Shown: positions 42,784 to 53,621 of the stretch, piece by piece | Layout of the letters: each line of letters begins with the position of its first letter | Numbering within the stretch: position 1 is the first letter of the stretch | Assembly (NCBI GenBank): GCA_000002445.1 | Contig: CH464491.1 | Coordinates: 3,520,001 to 3,584,000 of the forward strand | Reading direction: 5' to 3' | DNA: 64,000 bases | Origin: Trypanosoma brucei | Taxonomy: Eukaryota | The notes under the pieces: model-generated | The model's input: only the letters and a program-made list of their open reading frames with translations | Told to the model about the DNA's origin: nothing | Database searches by the model: none | Made by a program: the position numbers and the translations under genes

Positions 42784-44706
42784 TCACCAAAAACAAACGT
42801 ACGCAGCGAGTGCAAAGGCTGTTAAGGAAATCCCTGTGCCGATCATCGCCCCGCCCGTTGTTTCGTTGCAAATAAAATAATAATCAGACAGCGTAATGCA
42901 AAGCACGCCGGACACCAGTAGGGCCACTGGGTTCATTACTAACAGGGTACACGTCGTGGCCAGTCCAAGCACCTTGAGCGCGTGATTCCGCAGGAAGCAT
43001 TGGAGTACAAACAAAAACAACCACAACAGGGCCGCAGCGATGTAACATGCGTAAGAGTAGTGTAAAAAGTGATTGTGCTCCTCCAGGTAACGCAGTGGCG
43101 TATTCTCAACGTCCGTGACAAGAGGGATATGATGCTGACGCCACGGCACCTGACTTTTGTACCAAATCTCTGAGGCACCCGGAGGGTCTTCCGTCACTAT
43201 CCGAGGGTACTTAACGCTGCATTGATAACTTATAGAGGATATCCTCCCTGGGCGTCGTAGAGGGTCCAGGTATGAATCATCAAAATAATTCCTGTTACGC
43301 TCCTCCACCAAACGAACGTAGACAGGCATCGTCACGGCGATTGTTTGTGGTCTCTTCCCCGTCTCACACCACCTACTGCTGCTATTAGCGTCGAATGGAT
43401 CGAAGCTAAGCGCATATCTCGTTCCGATGTGCTTGGAGATAACGAGTTGGGTGTGGTTGGAGAATACACTTGAGTTGTATAATTCGTCGAAGTACAACAG
43501 CACGAAACACACCTCCTTCTCTCCGGCTCCCGGGGACGCGCAGTGAGGCAAGAAAGTCTTTTCTTCCTTGTCCGTTGTTATTGGCCTCCACCGTACATCA
43601 GACAAGGGAGCAGGTAATATGGCAAATGCGGGCTCACGACTCAAATCCACTAATTCACAACCTTTTCCCGGTACCAGCTCCACCACGGGAGCCCCGAGCA
43701 ATTGTCTGGTACTTTCCACACGCGTCGTGGTCAGTGTGGTGATGGTTCCCAACACACTTCCTGTGAGTAAGAGGAATGCAGCCCACGCCAACAGCCTCAT
43801 GCTGTTTTGTTTTTCCCCCGGTGTGGAACCAGTGCCCAGAGGAATGATAATGAACACAACTTGCACTATCACCAACCCCAGCAGAATAAGAAATGCTATG
43901 CTCCCAAGGACGGCATCACTATAACGTTCAGCAAACCTCACCCCAACATAATATGAAAAGAAAAAATTACCAGCACAGGCCGCCGCACTGAGAAGAGCAA
44001 TGGCAATACACCAACGCACGTGTTGTGTAGAACTTTTCTCAGTCGCGCGTTCGTCAAATTCGGCAGCCTTTTGCCGTTCCCTGAAGTACTCATCTCTCGT
44101 CACTATTCTGGGCCTTCCCACCATCTTTTGGAGGTAACGGGGGAGCTGCATTAAGCGTCGCCCCAAATCGAGCCGGTTGTAATACGTCCAATGTGGTGCC
44201 AAATTTGCAAAGAAGCGCCAATATCGACACACTTGACCTGCGTTCAGTATTTCACGCATATCTAAGCTAACATAAAGAAATATGACGGACAGTATTTCGT
44301 CATTGAAGGGACCAACTTGACTAGGTAGAACGGCGTTCTTTGTCGAGCGGTGCGTTTTATACGAGATGCACGCACGAAACTTCAGAACATCCTTCCGGGT
44401 GTTGGTGAAACGGAAGGCAATACTTTCTTCGTCGTCTTGCACCACAATTTCACCCCTCCGTTCGGTGAACTCAGTGCCTCCAACCATTGTCATCTCTTCC
44501 GTCATACTACCCCATTCAAAGTTGTAGTTGGGTGAGCAATCACGGTACCGCGCCGCTCGGTTATATTCCCTGTTAACTGGGGTTCTTTTTGCGTGCTCTG
44601 CACCATGATGATTACTACTAGCGGGTGATGTGATATCGTCGGCCCCGCAAAAGTCTGCCGCGTTATCAGGCGGATTTGCACCCTGCGCATGGGTTTGGTG
44701 GGTCAT
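42784..44706 (-). CDS. polytopic membrane protein (about 6 TM helices) with an N-proximal F-box-like motif
   Basis: ATG at 44704-44706 checked. F-box-like FNDEILSVIFLYVSLDMREILNAGQVCRYWRFFA. Hydrophobic helices include LGSIAFLILLGLVIVQVVFIIIPLG, LLAWAAFLLLTGSVLGTITTL, YIAAALLWLFLFVLQCFL and VLGLATTCTLLVMNPVALLVSGVLCITL. Confidence 0.55.
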   Translation of the reverse strand: MTHQTHAQGANPPDNAADFCGADDITSPASSNHHGAEHAKRTPVNREYNRAARYRDCSPNYNFEWGSMTEEMTMVGGTEFTERRGEIVVQDDEESIAFRFTNTRKDVLKFRACISYKTHRSTKNAVLPSQVGPFNDEILSVIFLYVSLDMREILNAGQVCRYWRFFANLAPHWTYYNRLDLGRRLMQLPRYLQKMVGRPRIVTRDEYFRERQKAAEFDERATEKSSTQHVRWCIAIALLSAAACAGNFFFSYYVGVRFAERYSDAVLGSIAFLILLGLVIVQVVFIIIPLGTGSTPGEKQNSMRLLAWAAFLLLTGSVLGTITTLTTTRVESTRQLLGAPVVELVPGKGCELVDLSREPAFAILPAPLSDVRWRPITTDKEEKTFLPHCASPGAGEKEVCFVLLYFDELYNSSVFSNHTQLVISKHIGTRYALSFDPFDANSSSRWCETGKRPQTIAVTMPVYVRLVEERNRNYFDDSYLDPLRRPGRISSISYQCSVKYPRIVTEDPPGASEIWYKSQVPWRQHHIPLVTDVENTPLRYLEEHNHFLHYSYACYIAAALLWLFLFVLQCFLRNHALKVLGLATTCTLLVMNPVALLVSGVLCITLSDYYFICNETTGGAMIGTGISLTAFALAAYVCFW

Positions 44707-45043
44707 AACACCGCTACTACTCGGTCACAGTCCTCCTTCCCTTTTCCTCCTTTACACAAAAGCAACAGAGAAATGAGGCAGAGAAGAAGAGCAGTACACA
44801 AACGTGGAATGTGAGGTAATAACCACATGCTCCGAGGCGTTGCAGATTTGTGGCTCCGTGAATATGCACCCGACGGTGGTACTCCTCGTTCACACGTAAG
44901 CTACAAAAACAGGCGGCGTGTACCCACCATTGTGTACTCACGTCTTCTGGTTTCCCAAGAAGTCCCTGCCACCACCTGGAGTGTTCTCACTTCCAACTAT
45001 TATAAAATAATAATATACAGTGATATGGCGGTCCTTCACAACT

Positions 45044-46678
45044 TTACGCGTTTTGGGGTGGAAAAACCTTTACCCCGCCAAATCGCTCACGCTCAAGCCG
45101 CTCCCGTTGCTCTCGCAAGTGCTGGAGGCCCTCGGGTACACCTATAACAAATTCACCGGGGCGTCCGCGGCGCCGGACATCAGTGAGCTGCGCAACTCGA
45201 CGCCTCAGCCCCTTACTCCATAGATGCGATGCCACGTACGCCTTCTCATCTTCAGTGCGTGGGAAACCAAACCGCCAAAGCCACGTCGCTTCCATCCGTG
45301 CCTCCTCCCCGTAGTCGCTTTGATCTCCGAGGTTACTCTTACCATCGCGCTGCTGCTGTCGCTCCGGGCCCTGACCAAACGGTGCGTCTTCTGGGTGATC
45401 CACGTCGAGACTACTATCTGCTGCATTGTCCCACTCATGCATCTGGCGAGACTCAATGAGACGCATAGCTGCTGAACCGTCTATTACATCCGCACCTGCA
45501 CAGCATGACGGCTCGTGGAACAGACAACCACGTTGTCTGAAATCCCCGTAGTTAAGCGTGAGCTCTTCCCCCTTTTTGATCAGCCGCGAAGCTACCACAA
45601 CAACACCAATGCCAGAGCGGTAGCGGTATGTCACGTTGTGACTGCGGACGGAGTGGTTCAGCATGTCGAGAAAGGGAACCACTGCTACTTTGGGTGGTTG
45701 GGCGCGCTGTTGCTGCCGGTGGGGGATAAAGTGCAAATTCACAGCACGGGACCTCATCATAAAGTGCGACCAACGAAGCTGTTCGATAGTTTTGGGGTCC
45801 CCACCAGCATCGTCGTCACCGGGCTGGTTAGTGGTGGAGGTTGGCGGGGTTGGCAACAAGTTGTCAGCAAACATACACCTTTGCAGCGGTGTAAGAATGT
45901 CAGAGTAGACTGACGTCTCTAGCTGCACCAGCTGCTGTTGCGCCGCTGATAAGGAGCCCCGACTCTTTGCGAGGTTTGCCTCATGTTGTCGCTGAGTTAG
46001 TGGGTGCCTCTTACCACGGCAGAACGCCGCGATCAGCGGTTCCGTTGCTACTACCTCTACCTGCGGTTTGCTGACGGCATCAATTCCGCAAGACTCAGCG
46101 GCCTGCAGCATTAACTCGACAGTCGCCACGTCCGTGTCGGCATGCTCCAGCGGCGATGAAATGAGTGCCGTGCGGGTGCCAGCCCGCAAGCGACGCTGGA
46201 GTGGCGTAAAGGCAGACGCCCTTTTCTCTTGTAACTGTAAGAGCAATCCCATCGGTGGTACGCGTGGTGGGAGGCTGGAAACCCACTTAGTCAGTGGGTG
46301 GTTTACTCCGCCATGCCTGAGGGTGTAGAGCGCAAGTGTGATCAGTAACGAATCACGTGTTGATAAAAGGTGTGGCATCCCACTCACAGTCGCCAGGCGG
46401 CGCCTTAGCTCAGCGTAGCTTGTAAAATTTCCACCCGCGGTAGCGTGCTGGAGAACGCTGTCAGCAATTTCGCCATGTAGTATGTGCGACTCTGGTACAA
46501 CGCAAAGCTGCTCGCCCCTACAAATGGAGCGGCTGGCCACAACACAACGGAGTGGTGCTCTCAGAACATTGTCCTTCCCCGTTCCCCGCGATTCAATTAC
46601 TTGCGTCAGAGCATCGCTCAAAATGGAGAGTCCGTTAGACCATTCACCAAGTCCGTGCATTGTCCGACAACATCGCAT
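45044..46678 (-). CDS. SET-domain protein (putative protein lysine methyltransferase, SETD6/LSMT-like)
   Basis: SET C-terminal signature FLDMLNHS ... GEELTLNYGDF. The track start 46849 is an ATG, but the following 57 aa look like polyY translation (LFFHFFFSFPVF; purine-rich + run at 46745-46800). The probable start is the ATG at 46676-46678 (MRCCRTMHGLGEW). Confidence 0.55.
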   Translation of the reverse strand: MRCCRTMHGLGEWSNGLSILSDALTQVIESRGTGKDNVLRAPLRCVVASRSICRGEQLCVVPESHILHGEIADSVLQHATAGGNFTSYAELRRRLATVSGMPHLLSTRDSLLITLALYTLRHGGVNHPLTKWVSSLPPRVPPMGLLLQLQEKRASAFTPLQRRLRAGTRTALISSPLEHADTDVATVELMLQAAESCGIDAVSKPQVEVVATEPLIAAFCRGKRHPLTQRQHEANLAKSRGSLSAAQQQLVQLETSVYSDILTPLQRCMFADNLLPTPPTSTTNQPGDDDAGGDPKTIEQLRWSHFMMRSRAVNLHFIPHRQQQRAQPPKVAVVPFLDMLNHSVRSHNVTYRYRSGIGVVVVASRLIKKGEELTLNYGDFRQRGCLFHEPSCCAGADVIDGSAAMRLIESRQMHEWDNAADSSLDVDHPEDAPFGQGPERQQQRDGKSNLGDQSDYGEEARMEATWLWRFGFPRTEDEKAYVASHLWSKGLRRRVAQLTDVRRRGRPGEFVIGVPEGLQHLREQRERLERERFGGVKVFPPQNA

Positions 46679-47515
46679 CTTCACACGACGGCTCAGCGAT
46701 GCTGGACTCCCGGCAGTGCCTTCGCTATGCTGGTAAAACGGCTCACCCCCAAGTAATTCGGCGAAAACTGGAAAGGAAAAAAAGAAGTGAAAGAAGAGTG
46801 CACGAGCAGCGACGAAGAAGGATTGGGTGCCGCCTGCTACAGCGCGCATGATTACTACTCTCGACCTACTTCAGCCACGTTTACCATACTTGTTTTACCT
46901 TAACGTATGCCCTGCCCATTCACGTGTCCCAGTTGCCGTGGACCCCAACGTGCCACGCTAATCACAGAAGTGTTTGTAGGGAAGGGGGGCTGACATTCAG
47001 CTGTGAACACGTGGGGAATTTTTGCGTGGGACCCGGCTCTGAACTGTTAATGCGGAGCACACCCTTTCACCAACTTCTTGATTAGCCAGAAACAGTCCCT
47101 AACCGTACTTCCTTCCTCTCCACAGAGCCGTGCGCGGAGACATAAAATGTCGAGGTACACATACGAGCGTATGGACCTGCAGGAGCTAGTTATGTGTAAG
47201 TTGAGCGGCGCTTCCATGAAAAAAAAAAACATATGGGCAAACACCAGAGGGGCGGAGTTATTTATTATTAACTTCCTCTGCTTAAGGAAACAAAGGCGGG
47301 TTTGGGCTCAAGCACAAACCAAAACAACGCACGGAACTTACCCACGGCAACAGAGGAACTTGGACATAAGAAAGGATACAGCAGTGCGACTTATTTTCCT
47401 CTCACGCCGAACAAAGTAAACAAAAGCCGGCACCAACAACGGAGGAAGTCGATGTTCCAAAGAGTCACCAACCAAACGCCATCTCCCCCCTCAATGTTCT
47501 TTCGTCTGCAAGATG

Positions 47516-47908
47516 TTAAACGTGCTCGGTGTCCATGTCATACTCTCCGTAGTCGGCTTCGCGCTGCTTCTCCTTTTTAGAACGACCCGCTCTGCGCTCC
47601 TCTTCCCGGGCCTTCTTGTTATTGATGTCAAATTCCTTTTCCATGGCACTCATCTTGTCTTGAAGCTCTTCCACCTTTACACCCAATTTACGCGCCTCTT
47701 CCGCCTGCGCCGCTCTCTCTAACTCTTCTTCGGTTCTTTTGATGGCGGCTGACTTGGACTTCTTTTCTGCTTTGATTGCGGCCTCGACGTCCTTCTGCCG
47801 CGAGCCGACTTTCAAGCCGGCTTCCGCCCACAGGCCGCTCGGCACCTCACCCTTCTCCTGAAGGATCTTCGACAGCTTGGCCAGCGACTCCAAGCGCCCT
47901 TCACTCAT
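47516..47908 (-). CDS. small K/E-rich coiled-coil protein (130 aa)
   Basis: The track N-terminus is polyY translation (LLCASFHLCVLLSAPPLLLSP); ATG at 47906-47908 (MSEGRLESLAKL...). Charged coiled-coil AIKAEKKSKSAAIKRTEEELERAAQAEEARK. Confidence 0.4.
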   Translation of the reverse strand: MSEGRLESLAKLSKILQEKGEVPSGLWAEAGLKVGSRQKDVEAAIKAEKKSKSAAIKRTEEELERAAQAEEARKLGVKVEELQDKMSAMEKEFDINNKKAREEERRAGRSKKEKQREADYGEYDMDTEHV

Positions 47909-48352
47909 GACCGTAGTCGCGTTTCCCCTAAAGCCTTTGGTACGAGGTGAGAGAAGTAAAGGTGGAGCGGATAAAAGTACACATAGATGAAAACTGGCAC
48001 AAAGCAATGTAGTCAGCCACACAAGCTACGCAGGCGAGGAGGTGGGAAAGCGAATCGCCCACTTCCCACAGGTGTGGAAACAAAACTATGCTGATGGCTA
48101 CAATGCTAGCCCCCATAAACCGCGCAACTGAAAACTCTTTTATCAAATACACAGTTGGGCGCGTATCGGAGGAAACAGACAAAGCGGATACAACCGACGA
48201 CTGCTCAGCCGCCTTTGTTTCCCCTTCACTTTCCATTAGCTCTCTGAGAGATCCCCTAATACTTTCCAACTTTTTGCAGATACTCCAATTTCCCTACCAC
48301 TCACTTGGAAAAGAACTGTATCAAGGAGATTTCACCCGCGTGTCCAAAAGTT

Positions 48353-49102
48353 TCATGAATCGTGTAATCCGCCACTTTTCCTTTCCTTTAGAAATGCATC
48401 TAGTGGCACGATACCTACGTCATCCACAAGCTGCTCATACGGTTTATCCAAGTACCATTCCCACGGCACGTTAAGTATACATGAAACAAAGCGCTTTCCG
48501 TGTAACTGACGGGGAGCATTGGCACGTGCCCACTCATTATACATGCCCATGTTAAGGATCTGATCCATCCTGAGCCATGGCATACCACCCAATACCGCCA
48601 TAAGTCCAACCGGAAGGCCCGTGTGCTGCCACTCGAAGAGTTTCACTGCCAACTCCTCTTCGATTGTCCGCCCTAAGCCTACATATGCATGAACAAAGTC
48701 GTGAATCTGCCGATACCGAAGCATAACGTATGCGAGCGTTGGGTCGCTAACGTGCAGGATGGGTGCCCTTCCACTCGGTAGAAAATTGTTTCGTTTCATA
48801 AATGCTGCGTACCGGTACCCAAATGTTCCCTCTGGTTGTGTCTTAGCAAACTCCAATGTCTCGTCCGTTACCTGCGGTCTCTCTTTTAATATCGAGCGTC
48901 CCATTTCGTCCGCCATCATCAGCCGCTGCATGTGATGCAAGGCTGTTAACGCTGTAATCTCAGCAAATGCCGCACTTCCTCTACCATCTTCCGGGTCGAC
49001 AATGGCACCGAAGCTCGACGTGACAAACGCCGGCAGAGACTTTACGGCGCCGGCGATACCGCCAAGAAACATGACCGCGGACGAAACCACCCTACTCTGC
49101 AT
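48353..49102 (-). CDS. COQ4: ubiquinone biosynthesis protein COQ4
   Basis: COQ4 zinc-ligand motif HDFVHAYVGLGRTIEEELAVK (HDxxH-x11-E) with extended family similarity on either side. The track's N-terminal 95 aa is polyY translation (FFFFYHYCYLFCYF); ATG at 49100-49102 (MQSRVVSS...). Confidence 0.75.
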   Translation of the reverse strand: MQSRVVSSAVMFLGGIAGAVKSLPAFVTSSFGAIVDPEDGRGSAAFAEITALTALHHMQRLMMADEMGRSILKERPQVTDETLEFAKTQPEGTFGYRYAAFMKRNNFLPSGRAPILHVSDPTLAYVMLRYRQIHDFVHAYVGLGRTIEEELAVKLFEWQHTGLPVGLMAVLGGMPWLRMDQILNMGMYNEWARANAPRQLHGKRFVSCILNVPWEWYLDKPYEQLVDDVGIVPLDAFLKERKSGGLHDS

Positions 49103-49199
49103 TAATAACTGGGTACGATACAAACCCTTCCTTCTGCTATGGGCGATTGTGAGGAAAAGGGGTATGGATAATATGTTCAGGTCGTTACGGGGTGGTTCG

Positions 49200-49320
49200 G
49201 AGTAAACCGGGGATGGAAAAAATTCGGGAAAGAGGGTGAGTGCGGTACGACTAGAAAAGGGTTGGGGATTTAGAAAGTAGCAGAATAAATAACAGTAGTG
49301 ATAGAAGAAAAAAAATAGAG
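49200..49320 (-). promoter_or_regulatory. polypyrimidine tract / splice-acceptor region upstream of COQ4
   Basis: Purine-rich + strand (gggatggaaaaaattcgggaaagagggtgag...gatagaagaaaaaaaatagagcgggaacgag), so the coding strand is CT-rich. Confidence 0.45.
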
Positions 49321-50018
49321 CGGGAACGAGCCCCCATGTGTTTCTTTCAAAGTGCAATGTACCATCATTGCCTGTTGGCATGCACATAAACCAAGAAAGA
49401 AAGCCGCCTCAAGGTATCTGCACTGCTTCTCTTGTCACCATTGCCCTTCGGTGGCCTGGTATTAAGGCAGTGCAACAGACACAAATAAATAAACAAGAAT
49501 TCTCCGTAAGGCATGGTGGGGCTGCCATCGTCAACAGCCCCACGAATAATCACTCACCGTAATCGATAATTATTGAGCTGTACGGCAGGATCCGGTTGAA
49601 TAACCCACCAACAAAAAAATGTGAGTGCCATGTTGCCGGTGCTTCCGGGCTACGCACAACACAAATTTCCGGCGGCACAGCAACGACAAATTTTCACCTA
49701 TCTCTCGCCACCCATGTGGCACCGTAGAGTATGTCTCATTTTCACCGCCAGTCCTGGAATCATTGCCCCCCCCCCCGAGATATTTCTACGCGTGGAGTCG
49801 TGTGGTTTACCGAGCCTCGAATAACTGAAACAGGAGAACCGCAACCTTTATGACACTGACTGCCCTTCACCGTATGTGGCTACCACCATATAGATAGGGC
49901 CCCACCTGCGGCGAGGTAGAAGTTGTAGAAGGGGATAAGCCCCACCGGCCGCCCTTTTGGAATTTGAGGAATCATGTGGCGATTAATTAGGGCTTTAGAA
50001 GACGTGTCGTAGCTGTGT

Positions 50019-50420
50019 TTACGTGGTGCTTTTTTCCCTTTGAAAAGTCATCGTAGTTATAAGCCACTCCCGATCTGAAACGCAGTTGTTTAATTGCATC
50101 AACATCCAGCCATCCTCTAGCAGCGTCTCCGCCAGCACCCGCCGGTCGCTGTCGACGCACCGTGTCAGATCCCCTTCCCACCATCGCCGCGGCTCGCCAG
50201 CGACACCAGTAGAAGTTGTAGTGCTGCTCTGCGCGAGAAATTGTTCTAACAGGTACCGCATCCGAATCCGTTCGTTTAGTTGGGTAGCGACAGCGTCTGA
50301 ACATAAAAGGCGGCATTTCACACTGTCTGGCCCTGCTGCATCACCAAACCGTCTGAAATGTTCCCACACCTCCAAGTAGGTAATCTCCTTCACGAACTGC
50401 CGCACGGTATTTTTCATCAT
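50019..50420 (-). CDS. hypothetical protein (133 aa)
   Basis: ATG MMKN at 50415-50420 checked; continuous ORF; no recognised domain. Confidence 0.35.
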   Translation of the reverse strand: MMKNTVRQFVKEITYLEVWEHFRRFGDAAGPDSVKCRLLCSDAVATQLNERIRMRYLLEQFLAQSSTTTSTGVAGEPRRWWEGDLTRCVDSDRRVLAETLLEDGWMLMQLNNCVSDREWLITTMTFQREKSTT

Positions 50421-50777
50421 ACCTTTGCGCGTTCGTTGTGTTTATTGTTACTAACGCTAATGCGGAGACGAGAACACCCCAAGGTGTCGAGTAGAACACA
50501 CACACAAAGAAAAACAAGACGAAAAGGGGCTAAGGAACAACAACTTTGCGACGACGGAGGTCCAAAATAATGAGAACAGCAACACCTTAATCGTTACAAT
50601 CGTACTAGCATGGAAAGGGGGAGAAGCTCATGTCTTGTATCGTACAATCTGCCTCCTCAGCGATGGCGGAAGGGAAACAAAAAGTGGAAGGGGCTAAAAG
50701 AGGGAGGGAGAGGAGCTAGTTGAGAACAAACCCGATCATGAGATTGTGAGGAGGCCTCTGACACCAGTTGGTTAGCG

Positions 50778-51878
50778 TTAGCGCTGCCGCCGTCTGGACT
50801 CGTGCCTTCCGCCTGCATTTCCCCTTTCCCTGCTGCTCCTACCCTTCTTATCGTTATGGTTATTATTTCCCCGCCGCTGGCGGTTAGTGTTCATGTAATG
50901 TCCCCCCCGGAATGGTATGGCACCGCCATCGAAGACAATGTTGTCCGGGCTCACGAAGCCACCACTGAACTCGTCGCCGGGACCGCCATAGCCATAAGGA
51001 TCATTGTCCGTAAAATCATCATCGTCATCTATGCCCATAAAATCAACCTCAGGAGACTCTGCGTAATAGTTGAAACCATAAAACCGTTGTCTCGCACGGG
51101 GTAGCGATTTGTTGTCTTCACTCCACCGATTAAACTCCGCTACAACATCAGTTGTTTGCTTTCCTAGCGCGTTGGCAATGAAATCAAAACTTTTGCCGTC
51201 TTGGTACATGTTCACCATTGCCTGCACGTCAGCATCGGGCCATGTAGTTGTCTTCTTTCGAGTCTGGCCACCTTTTGCGTGCTGCTGTTTTTCGCCGTGC
51301 TTCGCCTTCTTCTGCCCCCTGCCCGCTTCAGTGGTCCGCTGCTGGTGGTGGTGGTGGTGCCTCCAGCTACTGTCGCGCGAAGGAGAGGCCTGTTCAAACG
51401 CCTCGTTCTCGGCTTGTCGGTGCATTTCTTCCCACATCATTTCGTAAAATGTTGGATTAATTTCCTCATGCCACGGTTGATACGGCTCGTCATGTGGAGC
51501 ATAGTATGAGTGCTCACTACTCGCCCTGACTCCGCCGGAGGCGCAATTATTTTTTTGGTGCATACCGCACCCACCTAATTGGTGGAGACGCCGGAGTGTG
51601 GCGTACGCGTTGTTAATGTTCACCATACGGGAAGAGGCACCGGTCCCCTCCTCTCCACTGACGTCGGGGTGGTGCTTCTTGGCGAGCTCAACGTATCGAC
51701 GCCTGATGTCTTCAAATGTAGACGAAGTGGCGACGCCGAGTGTTGCGTAAGCGCTGCGTACCTCCCCTTCCGTTGGTGCCTGTGTTGCCATGAAACGACG
51801 CTGGAGGGATCGAACGCTCCTAAATGCAGCCCAACTGCGCATGATTGGGTACCTCTTCAGAGAATAACCGTTGAACAT
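50778..51878 (-). CDS. DnaJ (J-domain) protein with a presequence-like N-terminus and a D/G-rich C-terminal region
   Basis: J-domain YATLGVATSSTFEDIRRRYVELAKKHHPD (HPD tripeptide). The track's N-terminal 76 aa is hydrophobic UTR translation; the likely start is MFNGYSLKRYPIMRSWAAFRSV (ATG near 51878; an alternative start is MRSW near 51842). Confidence 0.6.
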   Translation of the reverse strand: MFNGYSLKRYPIMRSWAAFRSVRSLQRRFMATQAPTEGEVRSAYATLGVATSSTFEDIRRRYVELAKKHHPDVSGEEGTGASSRMVNINNAYATLRRLHQLGGCGMHQKNNCASGGVRASSEHSYYAPHDEPYQPWHEEINPTFYEMMWEEMHRQAENEAFEQASPSRDSSWRHHHHHQQRTTEAGRGQKKAKHGEKQQHAKGGQTRKKTTTWPDADVQAMVNMYQDGKSFDFIANALGKQTTDVVAEFNRWSEDNKSLPRARQRFYGFNYYAESPEVDFMGIDDDDDFTDNDPYGYGGPGDEFSGGFVSPDNIVFDGGAIPFRGGHYMNTNRQRRGNNNHNDKKGRSSRERGNAGGRHESRRRQR

Positions 51879-52274
51879 TTGGGAGGCCAGCGTGTGGACG
51901 CGTAGAGTGCCCAATAAGAAGAGAGCGTGGAAAAGAATAGTTATGACCACAAGGAGGTCAGCAATAAATACAAGACAAGGGGTACACATATGTACAAAGA
52001 GGTGTACAACACAGCTCATAGTACACTGGTAACAATGAAGAAAGGCGATGTGGCTCAACCTGTCTTCGTAGCAAACAATAACAAAATCAAAAATAAAGAA
52101 GAACAAAAAAAAATCTCTTCACAAGCGAGAGAGAAGAAATCCCTACAATGAAAGCTCACAATGAACAAAGATAAATAAACAAATAAAGGATTGAAGAAAT
52201 AACGCAAATCTATTATTATTATTATTTTTCTCCCCTTTCTCCTTCTGTGCCATGGTCACTTCTACCATGTTCAC

Positions 52275-52688
52275 TTAGAGGTCCTCCTCTTGCTCTCCTT
52301 GCGTAAATTTACTCCATTCATTGTACCCATCTGCGAAGTAAGTTGCTGCTCTGTACCCCAACGCTTCCACCACATCAACTGCCGTTGCCGCTCGGCCGTG
52401 GCGCTGATCAAAGAAAACAATTTTGTCCGATGCCTGCGGCATACGTATTTTATACTTTGTTTCGAATGCGGTGGGACTCATGCGAAACGCGCTTCGCACC
52501 TCCGAGGATGGAATATGTACGGAGAAGGGGATAGTACCATATCTTTTTACTTCAAAGGCGTCTCGTACATCAACAATGAAAGTGTTTTCGCTCTTACCAC
52601 TTCGCTTACTCTTCAGAAGAGCTGCCATGTGAAACTTGTTAAGTGCCCTCTTGCGGTCTAGCTCCTCGTAAGATGTGCTCTGACCCAT
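52275..52688 (-). CDS. single-domain rhodanese-like protein whose active-site loop has Asp in place of Cys (FFDQRHGRAATA), so it is probably non-catalytic
   Basis: Rhodanese fold motifs FIVDVRDAFEVKRYGTIPFSVHIP and the C-terminal YFADGYNEW. The track's first codon is GTG; ATG at about 52688 (MGQSTSYEEL). Confidence 0.6.
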   Translation of the reverse strand: MGQSTSYEELDRKRALNKFHMAALLKSKRSGKSENTFIVDVRDAFEVKRYGTIPFSVHIPSSEVRSAFRMSPTAFETKYKIRMPQASDKIVFFDQRHGRAATAVDVVEALGYRAATYFADGYNEWSKFTQGEQEEDL

Positions 52689-52747
52689 AGTTTGCTTCAC
52701 CTTTTAGCTTTGTGACGGGGGTTTGCCTCCGGCTTTTCACACCTATC

Positions 52748-52767
52748 CTATCCTGTCCTGTCCTGTC
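52748..52767. repeat. (CCTGT)n pentanucleotide mini-repeat
   Basis: tatcctgtcctgtcctgtcgtttcc read directly. Confidence 0.7.
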
Positions 52768-53189
52768 GTTTCCTTTATATATGTATGTTTTCCTTTTTAT
52801 TTTTTTCCAATCAATCCTCAACGAAGCACGAGCGTCTTTGGATAAGGGAACTCAAAATCAGTGAAACGCGCAAATCACCGAAGTACAACACAAACACATC
52901 AAATAAAAATATGAACAGTAGCACACACCAGTGGTACAGCGAGATAAGAAAAGATGGGCCGCTCCCGCTCAACCGCTGCTTCCCCTTCAACTAGTTGACA
53001 AAAGCTGAGCCACTCGTTTTTATGTTATCAAAATTCACGAGAGCAGTTGCTCCCGCCTAATGAGATGGCGTACCGGCTGAACCAATTTTCACAGGTAAAA
53101 CTATGGGATCATAACGCGTGAAGGCTACAAGTCCGGACCCTCCACCTGAAACCACCGCGTAGTTCCTCGGCGGATTCAACCCGAGGTCC

Positions 53190-53621
53190 TCACCCTTTGC
53201 AACCATCCGCGTCGTCAAACGGTGCCCCACCGTAGCATTCCCGCCATTCGGCAAAACTCCCAACAAAGTTCTTCACGTAACGATAACCTAATCCCTCTGC
53301 AATTTCAGTGGCGGTGGCGGATCGCACACCCCTCTCACAGTAAAATATCAACTCTGCTTCGTCCTTACGTGGCTTTGGGTGTCCGAAAGTCTTCACAAAC
53401 TCTTCCTCGTCCACCTCGTCACTTAACGCAGCTGGCAATGCATTCAGTGGAATATTGACAGCGGTTGGAATAAGACCTGTCGCTGCAACCTCCCCTGTTG
53501 AACGCACATCCACGATGATTTTATTTGCTGCTGCCCGGCTTCCGCCAAGCTTTGACCTCACTACAGCCAGCACTTGAGGTGCAGTGATGGTCGCTAATGC
53601 ACGCGGCGTTACGAAAAACAT
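53190..53621 (-). CDS. single-domain rhodanese-like sulfurtransferase with an active-site Cys (YCERGVRSATA); tandem paralog of 52275..52688
   Basis: IIVDVRSTGEVAATGLIPTAVNIP ... LIFYCERGVRS ... FVGSFAEWRE. The track's first codon is GTG (53708); the probable start is the ATG at ~53621 (MFFVTPRALATI). Confidence 0.6.
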   Translation of the reverse strand: MFFVTPRALATITAPQVLAVVRSKLGGSRAAANKIIVDVRSTGEVAATGLIPTAVNIPLNALPAALSDEVDEEEFVKTFGHPKPRKDEAELIFYCERGVRSATATEIAEGLGYRYVKNFVGSFAEWRECYGGAPFDDADGCKG

